In this document: piece by piece, positions 10,485-20,188 of the stretch
Layout of the letters: every line of letters starts with the position of its first letter
Numbering within the stretch: position 1 is the stretch's first letter
DNA from: Candidatus Latescibacterota bacterium
GTDB lineage: Bacteria > Latescibacterota > UBA2968 > UBA8231
Reading direction: 5' to 3'
DNA: 64,000 nt
Assembly (NCBI GenBank): GCA_965200315.1
Contig: OZ241362.1
Location: 3,808,001-3,872,000 of the forward strand
Made by a program: the position numbers and the translations under genes
Notes under the pieces: model-generated
The model's database searches: none
Seen by the model: the letters and a program-made list of their open reading frames with translations, nothing else
What the model was told of the DNA's origin: nothing

Positions 10485-11451
10485 AGTCGATCACAACGCC
10501 TTGCTCCGACGAGGCCCCCAAAGCGTTGATCAGGCCCACCGTGGCTAGGTTGCGCGGGCCAGAGAAAGGCGGCTCCACGTCGTTGAGCACGTAGTCGCGG
10601 AAGCCGTCCAAGAGGACTTCTTCGGGATGGGGGTTTTCATCCATCGGTATGATCTCGTCTGCTTCGGCCCCGGGCCGCCGAATCGCCAAGCCGCCGGAGA
10701 CCTCTTCGACCGTGCCCTTCTCGCAGTCCAGTCGCCAGCTTGAGCCGCCTTTGTGGGTGGCAAAGGTGCATTGGAAGTTGAACGTGGTGCCGTTGTGAAA
10801 CTCGATCCAGCCGTCGATGGCCGCGCCGCCGCTATACGGACTCCAAGGCGGGTTGAAGCTGTTGCAAAAGAGCCGCTTGGGCTCGGTGCTGAGCAGGTGG
10901 CGCAATTGGTCGAAGTCGTGGATGCCGCGCTCCCACAAGTAGGCGTGTTGGTCCGCGCCCGAATGATGCACCCGCGGACGCCATCCATATTTGGTCATCA
11001 AGCCAAAGGAAGGCTGTCCCAAGTCGCCGCTTTGCAGCAGGCGACGGATGGTTAAGACCGGCGGATAGTAACGGGCGTTCTGGGTAACAGCGACCTTGAG
11101 ACCGCGCTCGCTCGCCTCGGCGACGATCTGACGCGCTTGGCCGAGGTCTTTGGTGAAAGGCTTTTCCACCAGTACATGCTTGCCAGCGCGGACGGCCTCC
11201 AAGCACTGGGCGGCGTGCAGGTCGGGCGGCGTAATGACCACCACGGCGTCGGCATCAACGGCTTGCAAGGCATCGGCGGGCGTAGAAAAACACGCTGCCT
11301 CGCCTAGGCCGGTAGTCTCCCGCGCCGTGGCGAGGTTCTCCTCGCTAACATCAACTAGGGCGACGGCCTCGAAGTCGGTGCGGTCGCGGAAGCGGTTTAG
11401 GGGCCAGCGGCCGCGGCCACCAGCCCCTATGTGGATCGTGCGAATAGTCAT
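10459..11451 (-). CDS. Gfo/Idh/MocA family oxidoreductase
   Basis: Start MTIRTIHIGAGGRG overlapping the pepA stop; GKHVLVEKP, GIHDFD. Confidence 0.88.
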   Translation of the reverse strand: MTIRTIHIGAGGRGRWPLNRFRDRTDFEAVALVDVSEENLATARETTGLGEAACFSTPADALQAVDADAVVVITPPDLHAAQCLEAVRAGKHVLVEKPFTKDLGQARQIVAEASERGLKVAVTQNARYYPPVLTIRRLLQSGDLGQPSFGLMTKYGWRPRVHHSGADQHAYLWERGIHDFDQLRHLLSTEPKRLFCNSFNPPWSPYSGGAAIDGWIEFHNGTTFNFQCTFATHKGGSSWRLDCEKGTVEEVSGGLAIRRPGAEADEIIPMDENPHPEEVLLDGFRDYVLNDVEPPFSGPRNLATVGLINALGASSEQGVVIDFDEYMESH

Positions 11452-12935
11452 GCTGAGCTCCAATCGAGGGCAAGTTGGGTCAATAGGCGTACGCCGATGC
11501 CGACGCCGCCTCGTGGCACATAAGGTTTGGTCTTTTCGCACCAAGCGGTGCCGGCAATATCGAGGTGCGCCCAAGAGTAGTCGGCGAACTCGGCCAACAG
11601 CGCCGCAGCCGTGCTGGCGCCCGCTGGCCGACCGCCTGAGTTTTTCATGTCGGCGATGTCGCTGTCGATCTGGTCGCGGAACTCGGGCCACAGCGGCAAG
11701 CGCCAGAGCCGCTCGCCGGTTTGCTCTCCGGCGGCGAGCAGCCGATCCGCCAAATCATCGTCGTTGGCAAACAGGCCCGAAGCGTAGTGCCCCAGGGCAG
11801 TTACGCAAGCACCGGTGAGGGTGGCCAGATCGACGACTGCGGCCGGCTCGTAGCGGGTGGCGTAGGCGAGGGCGTCGGCCAAGACGAGGCGTCCTTCGGC
11901 GTCCGTGCTGACGATCTCGATGGTCTTACCCGCGAGGGTGCGCAGCACGTCATCGGGGCGAAAAGCCGTGCTGGAGGGCATGTTCTCGGCCGCGGCGATC
12001 AGGCCGACGACCCGCTGCTTGAGGCCGAGCGCGGCCACCGCCTGCATCGCGCCCAAGACCGCAGCAGCGCCGGACATGTCGGTCTTCATCGTGCGGATGC
12101 CATCAACGGTCTTGAGCGAGAGGCCGCCGCTGTCGAAGGTGATGCCCTTGCCGACAAACACCAGCGGCTCCCCCTCGCGAGGGCCGTGTTCAAGGACGAT
12201 AAAACGCGGCTTATTGGCACTGCCCTGGCCAACGGCCACTAGGGCACCCATGCCTAGCTCGGCTAAGCCCTTTGTACTGAAGACCCGGCAGCGCAGATCG
12301 TGGGTTTTGGCTAGGCGACGAGCCGTGTGGGCCAAGTAGGCCGGCGTCACTTCGCCGCCGGGGTGATTGACCAAGTCGCGGGCGAGGTAGGTGGCCTCGG
12401 CGAGGGCGCGGCCCCGACGAACTCCGCGCCGCACCGCTGTGAGCTTAGTCGAGTCGAACTCTACGACGTGCAGCGTGGCCAACGACGGCACTTGGGGATG
12501 CGAGCGGTATTCGTCAAAGCGATAGGCCGCCAACAGCGAGGCTTCGGCCACAGCTTGCGCGGCTGGCTCGACGGGCAGGTTGCCCGCGCCCGTGCCGTGC
12601 AGGATAGTGGCCGCGCTCTTAGCTCCCAAGCCGCCGAGGGTGCCGATGGCCGTGCCAGCGGCGCGGCGCGCTCTTTCGAGGTCAAAGCCCTCTTGCTCGC
12701 CCAAGCCGACGACGAGGACGCGCGGTGCTGGGAGCTGGCCGTGCGAGTACAGCAGCAAGGTCTGGCCGGCCTTGCCCTCGAAGTCTCCCAAGTCAATCGC
12801 CGCCGAGATTTGGCCGCCGAGGGCTTGGTCAACCGCACCCGTAGCGCCGCCCGGGCGCGCTCCAGCAAAGAGGTTGACCACGAGGACGTCCGCGTCCTGT
12901 TTTTGAATGGCTCCTTGAATTACTTTAATATCCAT
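11448..12935 (-). CDS. pepA: Leucyl aminopeptidase (M17)
   Basis: VGKGITFDSGG, MKTDMSGAA, STDAEGRL, DLATLTGA, WAHLDIAGT. Confidence 0.95.
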   Translation of the reverse strand: MDIKVIQGAIQKQDADVLVVNLFAGARPGGATGAVDQALGGQISAAIDLGDFEGKAGQTLLLYSHGQLPAPRVLVVGLGEQEGFDLERARRAAGTAIGTLGGLGAKSAATILHGTGAGNLPVEPAAQAVAEASLLAAYRFDEYRSHPQVPSLATLHVVEFDSTKLTAVRRGVRRGRALAEATYLARDLVNHPGGEVTPAYLAHTARRLAKTHDLRCRVFSTKGLAELGMGALVAVGQGSANKPRFIVLEHGPREGEPLVFVGKGITFDSGGLSLKTVDGIRTMKTDMSGAAAVLGAMQAVAALGLKQRVVGLIAAAENMPSSTAFRPDDVLRTLAGKTIEIVSTDAEGRLVLADALAYATRYEPAAVVDLATLTGACVTALGHYASGLFANDDDLADRLLAAGEQTGERLWRLPLWPEFRDQIDSDIADMKNSGGRPAGASTAAALLAEFADYSWAHLDIAGTAWCEKTKPYVPRGGVGIGVRLLTQLALDWSSA

Positions 12936-12983
12936 AACATTGGTGGTTCGGTAGTAGGTGGTTATTAACCACTAACCACTATC

Positions 12984-13137
12984 CATATTACTGTCAAGAA
13001 TGTCATGGGCCTATTTCTGATTCGCCACGGCGAGTCCACCAACAACGCGCTGACCGATAACATATTACTTTCGAGGATACTATGGACCTATTTCTGATTC
13101 GCCACGGCGAGTCCACTAACAACGCGCTGACCGATGT
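12984..13137 (+). repeat. 77-bp imperfect tandem duplication covering the upstream region and first 18 codons of the histidine phosphatase gene
   Basis: CATATTACT..ATGG(G/A)CCTATTTCTGATTCGCCACGGCGAGTCCAC(C/T)AACAACGCGCTGACCGAT begins at 12984 and at 13061. Confidence 0.9.
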
Positions 13138-13813
13138 TAGCCAGCGCGTCGCCGATCCCGAATTGACCGCTAACGGCCGGGCACAGGCCGAGCAAGTGGC
13201 CGCGTATCTAGCAGAAGGGTTGCACCTTGCGCCAGCCGAACGCACAGCGGATCGGCCCTTTTTTGATCGGCTTTATTGCAGTCCAATGATCCGCACCCTG
13301 CACACCGCGCAAGCGATCGGACAGGCCATGGAATCGGAGTCGGCGATCTGGGTAGCTATTCACGAGATGGGCGGCATTTACCTCGACCACGGCGGCGAGC
13401 GGGGAATCGTTGGCTATCCCGGCCTGACGCGGGCGGAAATTGCCGCGCGTTTTCTCACTAGCGTCGCGTCAGCGGAAGTCGGCGAAGACGGATGGTGGGA
13501 CGCGGGCAAGGAAACGAATCAGCAGGCCCAGCGCCGCGCTATCGGCGTAGCTGCAGACTTGCGAGCGCGGGCGGGAGAAGAGACGCGCATCGGCTTGGTG
13601 ACGCACGGCGGCTTTATGAGCCTGTTGCTCTCGGCCTTGGGCAACCAAGCAATGGACGACGGCTCCTATTACGAGCACAACAACACGGCGATTACTCGCA
13701 TCGCGCTCGCGCCCGGCGGTACCACGGTCGTCAAGTATGTCAACCGCACCGAGCACCTGTCCGACGAGTTGCAACGACTGCGTCCAGGCCTGCGATGGAT
13801 CGCGCCGCCCTGA
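13082..13813 (+). CDS. Histidine phosphatase (phosphoglycerate mutase-like) family protein
   Basis: LIRHGES, CSPMIRT, IHE, LVTHGG. Confidence 0.9.
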   Translation: MDLFLIRHGESTNNALTDVSQRVADPELTANGRAQAEQVAAYLAEGLHLAPAERTADRPFFDRLYCSPMIRTLHTAQAIGQAMESESAIWVAIHEMGGIYLDHGGERGIVGYPGLTRAEIAARFLTSVASAEVGEDGWWDAGKETNQQAQRRAIGVAADLRARAGEETRIGLVTHGGFMSLLLSALGNQAMDDGSYYEHNNTAITRIALAPGGTTVVKYVNRTEHLSDELQRLRPGLRWIAPP

Positions 13814-15174
13814 TACGCGATCTCGGCACCTTCCTACGTCCAGACCAACTGTTGACCTCGGCTGAGGATTGCAGCGTCTATGCCTTCGACGGGACCGCCC
13901 TGCTGCACCAGCGACCCGCTTGCGTGGCCTTGCCGGAAAGTAGGGAAGAGGTCGCCCAGCTCTTGGCTCTGTGCAACCAGCGCGGGGTGCCCGTGGTGCC
14001 GCGTGGCTCGGGCACCGGGTTGGCTGGGGGGTCCGTACCCTCGCAAGGGGGGGTCGCGCTCTGCTTGGTCCGGTTCAATCAAATCCTAGAGCTAGACGCG
14101 GCCAACCTAGTCATGGTCGTCCAGCCGGGCGTTCTCACTCAGCAGATCGCCGACGCAGCCCAAGCCGCTGGCCTATTTTATCCCCCGGATCCCGGCTCGA
14201 TCAAGATCTCGACTATCGGCGGCAATGTGGCCAACAATTCCGGGGGGCTGCGCGGATTAAAATACGGCGTGACGCGCGACTACGTGATGGGGTTGGAGGT
14301 CGTCTTGGCCGACGGCCAGGTTTTGGAGACCGGCAACAAATGCGTCAAAGACGTGGCCGGCTTCACGCTCAAAGACCTCTTTATCGGCTCCGAGGGAATG
14401 CTCGGCGTCATTACCAAGATCGCGCTGAAGCTGGTCCCAGCACCCGCGAGCAAAAAGACCTTGCTTGGCCTATACGACGAGATGACGCAGGCGGCGGCCA
14501 CGGTCTCGGCGATTATCGCGCACAAAATCATCCCCTGCACCCTCGAATTCCTCGACCGCACTACCATCGAATGCGTGGAGGCCCACGCCGACATTGGCCT
14601 GCCGACGGACTGCGAGGCCGTGCTGCTGATGGAAGTAGATGGGCACCCAGTGCAGGTTGCCGAGCAGGCCGCCCAGATCGAGGCCATTGCCCGCGAGGGC
14701 GGCGCTCGCTCGGTGCGACTGGCTGCCTCAGATGCAGAGGCCCAGCAACTCGCCGCAGCCCGGCGCACAGCCTTTAGCGCGCTGGCGCGACTAGCACCGA
14801 CGGTCGTGCTAGAGGACGTCACCGTGCCGCGCAGCGAGCTAGCGGCCATGGTCGCCTACGTGCAGGAGGTCGGTCAGCGGCACCAAGTGCGGGTGGGGAC
14901 CTTCGGCCACTTCGGCGACGGCAACCTGCACCCCACCTTCCTGTGCGACGAGCGCGACGCTGCGGAAATGGCCCGCGTCGAAAAGGCCATGGCCGAGGTT
15001 TTTGCCCACGCCGTAGAATTGGGCGGGACCATCACCGGCGAGCACGGAGTCGGCTTGGCCAAAAAGCCCTACTTGCCCGGGCAGCTCGGGCCGGTGGGGC
15101 TGGAAATTCTCAAGCGGGTCAAGACCGCCTTCGACCCAAAGGGTATCTTAAACCGAGGGAACATGTTCGATTGA
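13795..15174 (+). CDS. glcD: FAD-linked glycolate/D-2-hydroxyacid oxidase subunit GlcD
   Basis: PRGSGTGLAGG, YPPDPGS, STIGGN, GSEGMLG, GHFGDGNLH, TGEHGVG. Confidence 0.85.
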   Translation: MDRAALIRDLGTFLRPDQLLTSAEDCSVYAFDGTALLHQRPACVALPESREEVAQLLALCNQRGVPVVPRGSGTGLAGGSVPSQGGVALCLVRFNQILELDAANLVMVVQPGVLTQQIADAAQAAGLFYPPDPGSIKISTIGGNVANNSGGLRGLKYGVTRDYVMGLEVVLADGQVLETGNKCVKDVAGFTLKDLFIGSEGMLGVITKIALKLVPAPASKKTLLGLYDEMTQAAATVSAIIAHKIIPCTLEFLDRTTIECVEAHADIGLPTDCEAVLLMEVDGHPVQVAEQAAQIEAIAREGGARSVRLAASDAEAQQLAAARRTAFSALARLAPTVVLEDVTVPRSELAAMVAYVQEVGQRHQVRVGTFGHFGDGNLHPTFLCDERDAAEMARVEKAMAEVFAHAVELGGTITGEHGVGLAKKPYLPGQLGPVGLEILKRVKTAFDPKGILNRGNMFD

Positions 15175-16508
15175 GCGACGGCCTGAACTTACTCCGAGAC
15201 TTGGATTACTCGATCCTCCAGCAGTGCATGCACTGCGGCCTCTGCCTGCCGACCTGCCCGACGTACGACGCGACTCTGCGCGAGCGTTCTTCGCCGCGGG
15301 GGCGGATCGCCATGATGCGAGCCATCGCCGATGGCGAGCTAGAGGCGAGTACGATCTTTGCCGAAGAGATGTACTTCTGCCTCGGCTGCCTCGCCTGTCA
15401 GACCGCGTGTCCGGCCGGAGTGGATTACGCCGCGCTATTTGAAAACGCCCGCGCCGAAGTGGAGCGGCAGGGCTTGCTCAATGGCACAGTGCGGAATTTT
15501 GTGCGCCGTTGGGTCCTCGGCTGGCTCTTCGCCAAACAGACGCGGTTGCAGGCTATCGCCCGCACGGTGCGCTTCTTGCAGCGCAGCGGTCTGCAAACCC
15601 TAACGCGCCGCAGCGGTCTCCTCAGGCTGCTGCCTTTTGGCTTGGGCGAACTGGAGCCGCTGGCACCGCAGATTTCTCCGCGCTTTACCGACCAGTTGTA
15701 TCGCCGGGATTTGCAGCAGGCGAATCCGTCCGCACCGCGCTACCGGGTCGCGCTGTTGGCCGGCTGCGTCCAAGACATATCCTTTGCCGAGGTAAACGCC
15801 GATACGATATGCGTCTTGCAGCACAACGGCTGCCACGTGCTGCTGCCGGAGGGCCAAGCGTGTTGCGGCTCGCTGCACGCGCACAACGGCGCGGTCGAAC
15901 AGGCGCAGCAACAGGCACGGCTCAACATTGACGCCTTTGACGCCAAAAACCTAGACGCAATCGTCGTCAACGCTGGTGGCTGCGGATTGCACTGCAAGCA
16001 CTACGACCGCTTGCTGGCCGACGACCCCACCTATGCGGAGCGGGCCGCTGTGTGGAGCTCAAAAGTAAAGGATGTCCACGAGTGGCTCGCCGAAATCGGC
16101 TTGCGCCGGCCCCGCGCTGCAATGCCCTCACAACAAGTCGCCTACCACGAGTCGTGCCACCTCAAACACGGACAGCGGGTTTCCACTGCCCCACACGAGG
16201 TGCTGCAAGCCGTGCCCAATTTGGAGCTCGTGCCGCTGGTAGAGGCCGACTGGTGCTGCGGCAGTGCCGGCATCTACAACATCACCCAGCCCGAGCTGTC
16301 CATGCAGCTACTCGACCGCAAAATGGCACACGTGTGTGCGACCGGCGCGACCGCAGTGGCCACGGGCAACACCGGCTGCGCCATCCAACTCCAGTATGGA
16401 GTCCGTCGCGCAAACGCCGCCGTGGACATCGTCCACCCGGTGTCGCTTTTGGCCGCAGCCTATCGCGCTGAAAATCAAGGAGGAACGCAATGCAGCACTT
16501 TGGCCTAA
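15171..16508 (+). CDS. glcF: Glycolate oxidase iron-sulfur subunit GlcF-like
   Basis: Two CxxCxxCxxxCP 4Fe-4S motifs and two CCG domains; TTG start overlapping the glcD stop. Confidence 0.85.
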   Translation: MSDGLNLLRDLDYSILQQCMHCGLCLPTCPTYDATLRERSSPRGRIAMMRAIADGELEASTIFAEEMYFCLGCLACQTACPAGVDYAALFENARAEVERQGLLNGTVRNFVRRWVLGWLFAKQTRLQAIARTVRFLQRSGLQTLTRRSGLLRLLPFGLGELEPLAPQISPRFTDQLYRRDLQQANPSAPRYRVALLAGCVQDISFAEVNADTICVLQHNGCHVLLPEGQACCGSLHAHNGAVEQAQQQARLNIDAFDAKNLDAIVVNAGGCGLHCKHYDRLLADDPTYAERAAVWSSKVKDVHEWLAEIGLRRPRAAMPSQQVAYHESCHLKHGQRVSTAPHEVLQAVPNLELVPLVEADWCCGSAGIYNITQPELSMQLLDRKMAHVCATGATAVATGNTGCAIQLQYGVRRANAAVDIVHPVSLLAAAYRAENQGGTQCSTLA

Positions 16509-16834
16509 CCATTGAGTTGAAGGACGATCCCGAACTGATCGCCCAGTACAAGGCATACCACGCCGACCCTTGGCCCGAGCCGCTTCAGGGCCTAGGCGAA
16601 GTCGGCATCACCGACATGAAAATTTTTCTCTTGGGCCAGCGGATGTTCATGTACATGACCGCTACCGACGAGTTCGATCCGGCCCGCGACTTCCCGCGCT
16701 ACGTCGAGCAAAACCCCAAGGCGAAGGAGTGGGACGAGCTGATGCGAACCTTTCAGCAGCAGGTGCCCGAAGCCAAAGAGGGAGAGTGGTGGGCCAATAT
16801 GGAGCTCGTGTTTGACCTGCAATTGCACGTGTGA
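16490..16834 (+). CDS. L-rhamnose mutarotase family protein
   Basis: YKAYH..WPE, GITDMKIF, WDELM, ELVFDL; GGAGG RBS. Confidence 0.8.
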   Translation: MQHFGLTIELKDDPELIAQYKAYHADPWPEPLQGLGEVGITDMKIFLLGQRMFMYMTATDEFDPARDFPRYVEQNPKAKEWDELMRTFQQQVPEAKEGEWWANMELVFDLQLHV

Positions 16835-16841
16835 GAAGCTA

Positions 16842-17078
16842 TGAGGCCAAATAAGACTCACTCTTGGATCACCTTCCAAATCGATCGGCACGAGGCCCAT
16901 ATTCGGGCTAGATGAAACTGGAAAAATTCAAAGAGACGAGGGAATAATGAGCAACAGTGGCTCAACGATCATTGAAGAAATTGATCGGCTGAAAGGAGAA
17001 CTGGACAAATTGCGTCCATTGCCTGCTGACGTCGTGGGGCGGATAGAGCAAACTTCTGACACAGGAGATCAACTATGA
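16842..17078 (+). pseudogene. Two truncated N-termini of Fic-family genes
   Basis: MRPNKTHSWITFQID.. (16842) and MSNSGSTIIEEIDRLKGELDKLRPLPADVVGRIEQ.. (16947-17078); no Fic motif follows. Confidence 0.5.
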
Positions 17079-17830
17079 ACAAAGGTCGAATCGCCGGTAA
17101 AGCGGCCATTGTAACGGGTGCAGCTTCGGGAATCGGGGAAGTCACCGCGCAAGTTCTGGCGCGCGAAGGCGCGTCCGTCTGCGTGGCAGATGTCAACGCC
17201 GCCGGCGGCCAGCGGGTCGTCGATAAAATCAAGGCTGATGGCGGCGAAGCCATTTTCGTCCGCACCGATGTGGGCGAATCCGCCCAAGTCATCGAGATGT
17301 TTGAGCTCACCGAAGCAGCCTTTAGCCGCGTGGACATCGTCCACAACAACGCAATATGGTATCGCCACGGCCCGGCGACCGAACTCGAGGAAAAGGATTG
17401 GGACGGGACGCTGAACATCGGCCTAAAGGCGATTTTCCTCGCCGCCAAATACGGCATCCCGGTCATGCGCAAAACTGGGGGCGGAGTGATTATCAACACC
17501 GGTTCGGTGCATTCCCTGGTCAGCTTTGCCACAGCCACGGCTTACGACGCGGCCAAGGCCGGAGTTTTGGGCCTGACGCGGACCCTCGCCATTGATTACG
17601 GGCCAGACATCCGCGTCTGTGCTGTACTCCCCGGAGCGATTCTGACGCCCTTGTGGGAGGGAGTACCCGAGCGGGAACAGCGGCGCTACGCCAAAATGGT
17701 CCCGGCTCAGCGCTTGGGCACGAGCGAAGACATCGCCAACGCCGTGCTGTTTTTGGCCTCGGACGAAGCGTCCTTCATCACCGGAACTTCGTTGACAGTG
17801 GATGGCGGGATGCTGGCACGGACCGAATAG
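17075..17830 (+). CDS. Short-chain dehydrogenase/reductase
   Basis: TGAASGIG, NNA, YDAAK, PG, VDGG. Confidence 0.92.
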   Translation: MNKGRIAGKAAIVTGAASGIGEVTAQVLAREGASVCVADVNAAGGQRVVDKIKADGGEAIFVRTDVGESAQVIEMFELTEAAFSRVDIVHNNAIWYRHGPATELEEKDWDGTLNIGLKAIFLAAKYGIPVMRKTGGGVIINTGSVHSLVSFATATAYDAAKAGVLGLTRTLAIDYGPDIRVCAVLPGAILTPLWEGVPEREQRRYAKMVPAQRLGTSEDIANAVLFLASDEASFITGTSLTVDGGMLARTE

Positions 17831-18976
17831 ATGACCAAGCCAGCAGTTAAACCGCAAAATCCCTGCTTTTCCTCCGGCCCCTGCGCCAAGCGGCCGGGAT
17901 GGAATTTTGCGGCCCTAAAAGACTCGGCCGTAGGGCGCTCTCACCGCGCCACAGTCGGGCGGGCCAAGCTGCAAGAAGTCATCGAGCGGTCGCGTGCGCT
18001 GCTGGGAGTACCGACTGATTACCGCATGGCCGTAGTGCCGGGTTCGGATACGGGTGCTGTAGAGATGTGCCTGTGGTCCATGCTCGGTACGCGCGGCGTC
18101 GATGTGCTGTCTTGGGAGAGCTTCAGCAAGGGCTGGGTGACGGACATCACCCAACACTTGCGGCTAGAGGATATACGCGTCTTCGACGCGGATTTCGGAG
18201 AGTTGCCCGACTTGTCCCAAGTTGATTGCAACCGCGACGTAGTCTTCGCGTGGAACGGCACGACCTCCGGGGTGAAGGTGCCCAACAGCGAGTGGATCGC
18301 CGCCGACCGCGAGGGCCTGACCATCTGCGACGCGACGTCTGCGGTCTTCGCCGCGGAGCTGCCTTGGAAAAAGCTCGACGTAGTAACCTACTCTTGGCAA
18401 AAGGTCATGGGCGGCGAGGCCGCACACGGAATGCTCATCCTCAGCCCACAGGCAGTCGAGCGGCTCGTCAGCTTCACGCCACCTTGGCCCGTGCCCAAAC
18501 TTTTCCGCATGACTCAAGGCGGCCAACTCAACGAGGCCCTGTTCAAGGGCGACACCATCAACACGCCCTCCCTGCTGTGCGTGGAAGACGCGCTCGACGG
18601 GCTGCGCTGGGCCGAAAGCATCGGCGGCTTGCCCGAACTCGTGCGGCGCACACAGGCCAACCTCGCGGCGTTAGAACAGTGGGAAGCCGCAAGCGAGTGG
18701 ATCGCGTTTTTGCCCGTACGCCGCGCGATTCGCTCTAGCACGTCGATTTGCCTGCGGATCGCCGATGAGTGGTTTACCGGCTTAACCGAGGACGACCAGC
18801 GGGCAAAAGTCAAAGCACTCGTCGCTAAGCTGGAGGACGAGGGCGTCGCCTACGACATCAACGGCTACCGCGCCGCGCCCCCCGGCCTGCGGATCTGGGG
18901 CGGGGCGACGGTGGAAACCAGCGACATCGAGGCGCTAGTCCCGTGGCTGGATTGGGCGTGGACGGAAGGGGTGTAA
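17831..18976 (+). CDS. serC: Phosphoserine aminotransferase (Methanosarcina/alphaproteobacterial type)
   Basis: [43 protein letters not shown]. Confidence 0.92.
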   Translation: MTKPAVKPQNPCFSSGPCAKRPGWNFAALKDSAVGRSHRATVGRAKLQEVIERSRALLGVPTDYRMAVVPGSDTGAVEMCLWSMLGTRGVDVLSWESFSKGWVTDITQHLRLEDIRVFDADFGELPDLSQVDCNRDVVFAWNGTTSGVKVPNSEWIAADREGLTICDATSAVFAAELPWKKLDVVTYSWQKVMGGEAAHGMLILSPQAVERLVSFTPPWPVPKLFRMTQGGQLNEALFKGDTINTPSLLCVEDALDGLRWAESIGGLPELVRRTQANLAALEQWEAASEWIAFLPVRRAIRSSTSICLRIADEWFTGLTEDDQRAKVKALVAKLEDEGVAYDINGYRAAPPGLRIWGGATVETSDIEALVPWLDWAWTEGV

Positions 18977-18978
18977 CG

Positions 18979-19539
18979 TCAACCTAACAAATCAGCGGCG
19001 GCCAATGCGAGTTGAGGGATCGTCGGCGAGGCGAGGGTGGCGTCGGCTGTGACTTCGACGCGCTGTTGATACGCACCCCCTTGGGGCCGGGCGTACACTT
19101 CGATGCAGCCTTTTTGCAGGTCAATCAGCCACACTTCGGGCAGGCCGGCTTGCGCATAGAGCGGCACCTTGACCTGGCGGTCGTAGTCGGCCGACGTATC
19201 GGCAACTTCGACGGCCAGTAGCACATCGGCTGCCGACGGATGGGCCGCCGCGTAGAAATCGGCGCGGGGACTGAGTAGCACCAAGTCAGGCTCCGGCTCG
19301 GAGTGCGCGTCGAGGGCGATGGGGTCTTGGACGCCGATCAGCAGAGAATCCCCGACCATTTTTCCCATCAACAAATTGAGGCGTTTTACACAAGCGGCGT
19401 GGCGGCTGCCGATGGGGCTCATGGCGACGATCTGCCCGGCGATAAGCTCAACTCGGTCCTCTTCGGTAAGGATGGCGGCCTCGGCCATGCGGTAGTATTC
19501 GCCGACTGTGAAGGCGCGGTTTTGCGGCTGAGTGGTCAT
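18979..19539 (-). CDS. Uma2 family (PD-(D/E)XK) endonuclease-fold protein, copy 2
   Basis: RVELIAG..MSPIGSRH, EPEPD, VEVADTS, KVPLYA. Confidence 0.9.
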   Translation of the reverse strand: MTTQPQNRAFTVGEYYRMAEAAILTEEDRVELIAGQIVAMSPIGSRHAACVKRLNLLMGKMVGDSLLIGVQDPIALDAHSEPEPDLVLLSPRADFYAAAHPSAADVLLAVEVADTSADYDRQVKVPLYAQAGLPEVWLIDLQKGCIEVYARPQGGAYQQRVEVTADATLASPTIPQLALAAADLLG

Positions 19540-19541
19540 AG

Positions 19542-20105
19542 CTATGCCCCCAATACATCAGCAACTGCCAGTTCTAGACGGGCCACCGTCGGCGAGGCGA
19601 GGGTGGCGTCGGCTGTGACTTCGACGCGCTGTTGATACGCACCCCCTTGGGGCCGGGCGTACACTTCGATGCAGCCTTTTTGCAGGTCAATCAGCCACAC
19701 TTCGGGCAGGCCGGCTTGCGCATAGAGCGGCACCTTGACCTGGCGGTCGTAGTCGGCCGACGTATCGGCAACTTCGACGGCCAGTAGCACATCGGCTGCC
19801 GACGGATGGGCCGCCGCGTAGAAATCGGCGCGGGGACGGAGTAGCACCAAGTCGGGCTCCGGCTCGGAGTACGCGTCGAGGGCGATGGGGCTTTGGACGC
19901 GGACGATACCGGCTGGCCTCGGCTGGCGATGCAATAGACTGTTCAGACGATCTACGCAAGCGGCGTGGCGGCTGCCGATGGGGCTCATGGCGACGATCTG
20001 CCCGGCGATAAGCTCAACTCGGTCCTCCTCGGTAAGGATGGCGGCCTCGGCCATGCGGTAGTATTCGCCGACTGTGAAGGCGCGGTTTTGCGGCTGTGTA
20101 GTCAT
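19542..20105 (-). CDS. Uma2 family endonuclease-fold protein, copy 1
   Basis: Same motifs; near-identical DNA to copy 2; GGAGAG RBS before ATG at 20105. Confidence 0.9.
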   Translation of the reverse strand: MTTQPQNRAFTVGEYYRMAEAAILTEEDRVELIAGQIVAMSPIGSRHAACVDRLNSLLHRQPRPAGIVRVQSPIALDAYSEPEPDLVLLRPRADFYAAAHPSAADVLLAVEVADTSADYDRQVKVPLYAQAGLPEVWLIDLQKGCIEVYARPQGGAYQQRVEVTADATLASPTVARLELAVADVLGA

Positions 20106-20188
20106 AGTAACTCTCCTATATAAGTTGCGCCCACTCCTAGACGATATGGGACTGGGCGCAACCTGCACAAAAACGCATGACGCTGCTA

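Noticed and set aside
13492-13794. N-terminal extensions given by the ORF track (glcD, glcF, Gfo/Idh/MocA, ssb, ASPIC-UnbV, methyltransferase)
   Set aside because: They overlap upstream genes; downstream starts with an RBS or stop/start coupling fit the families better.
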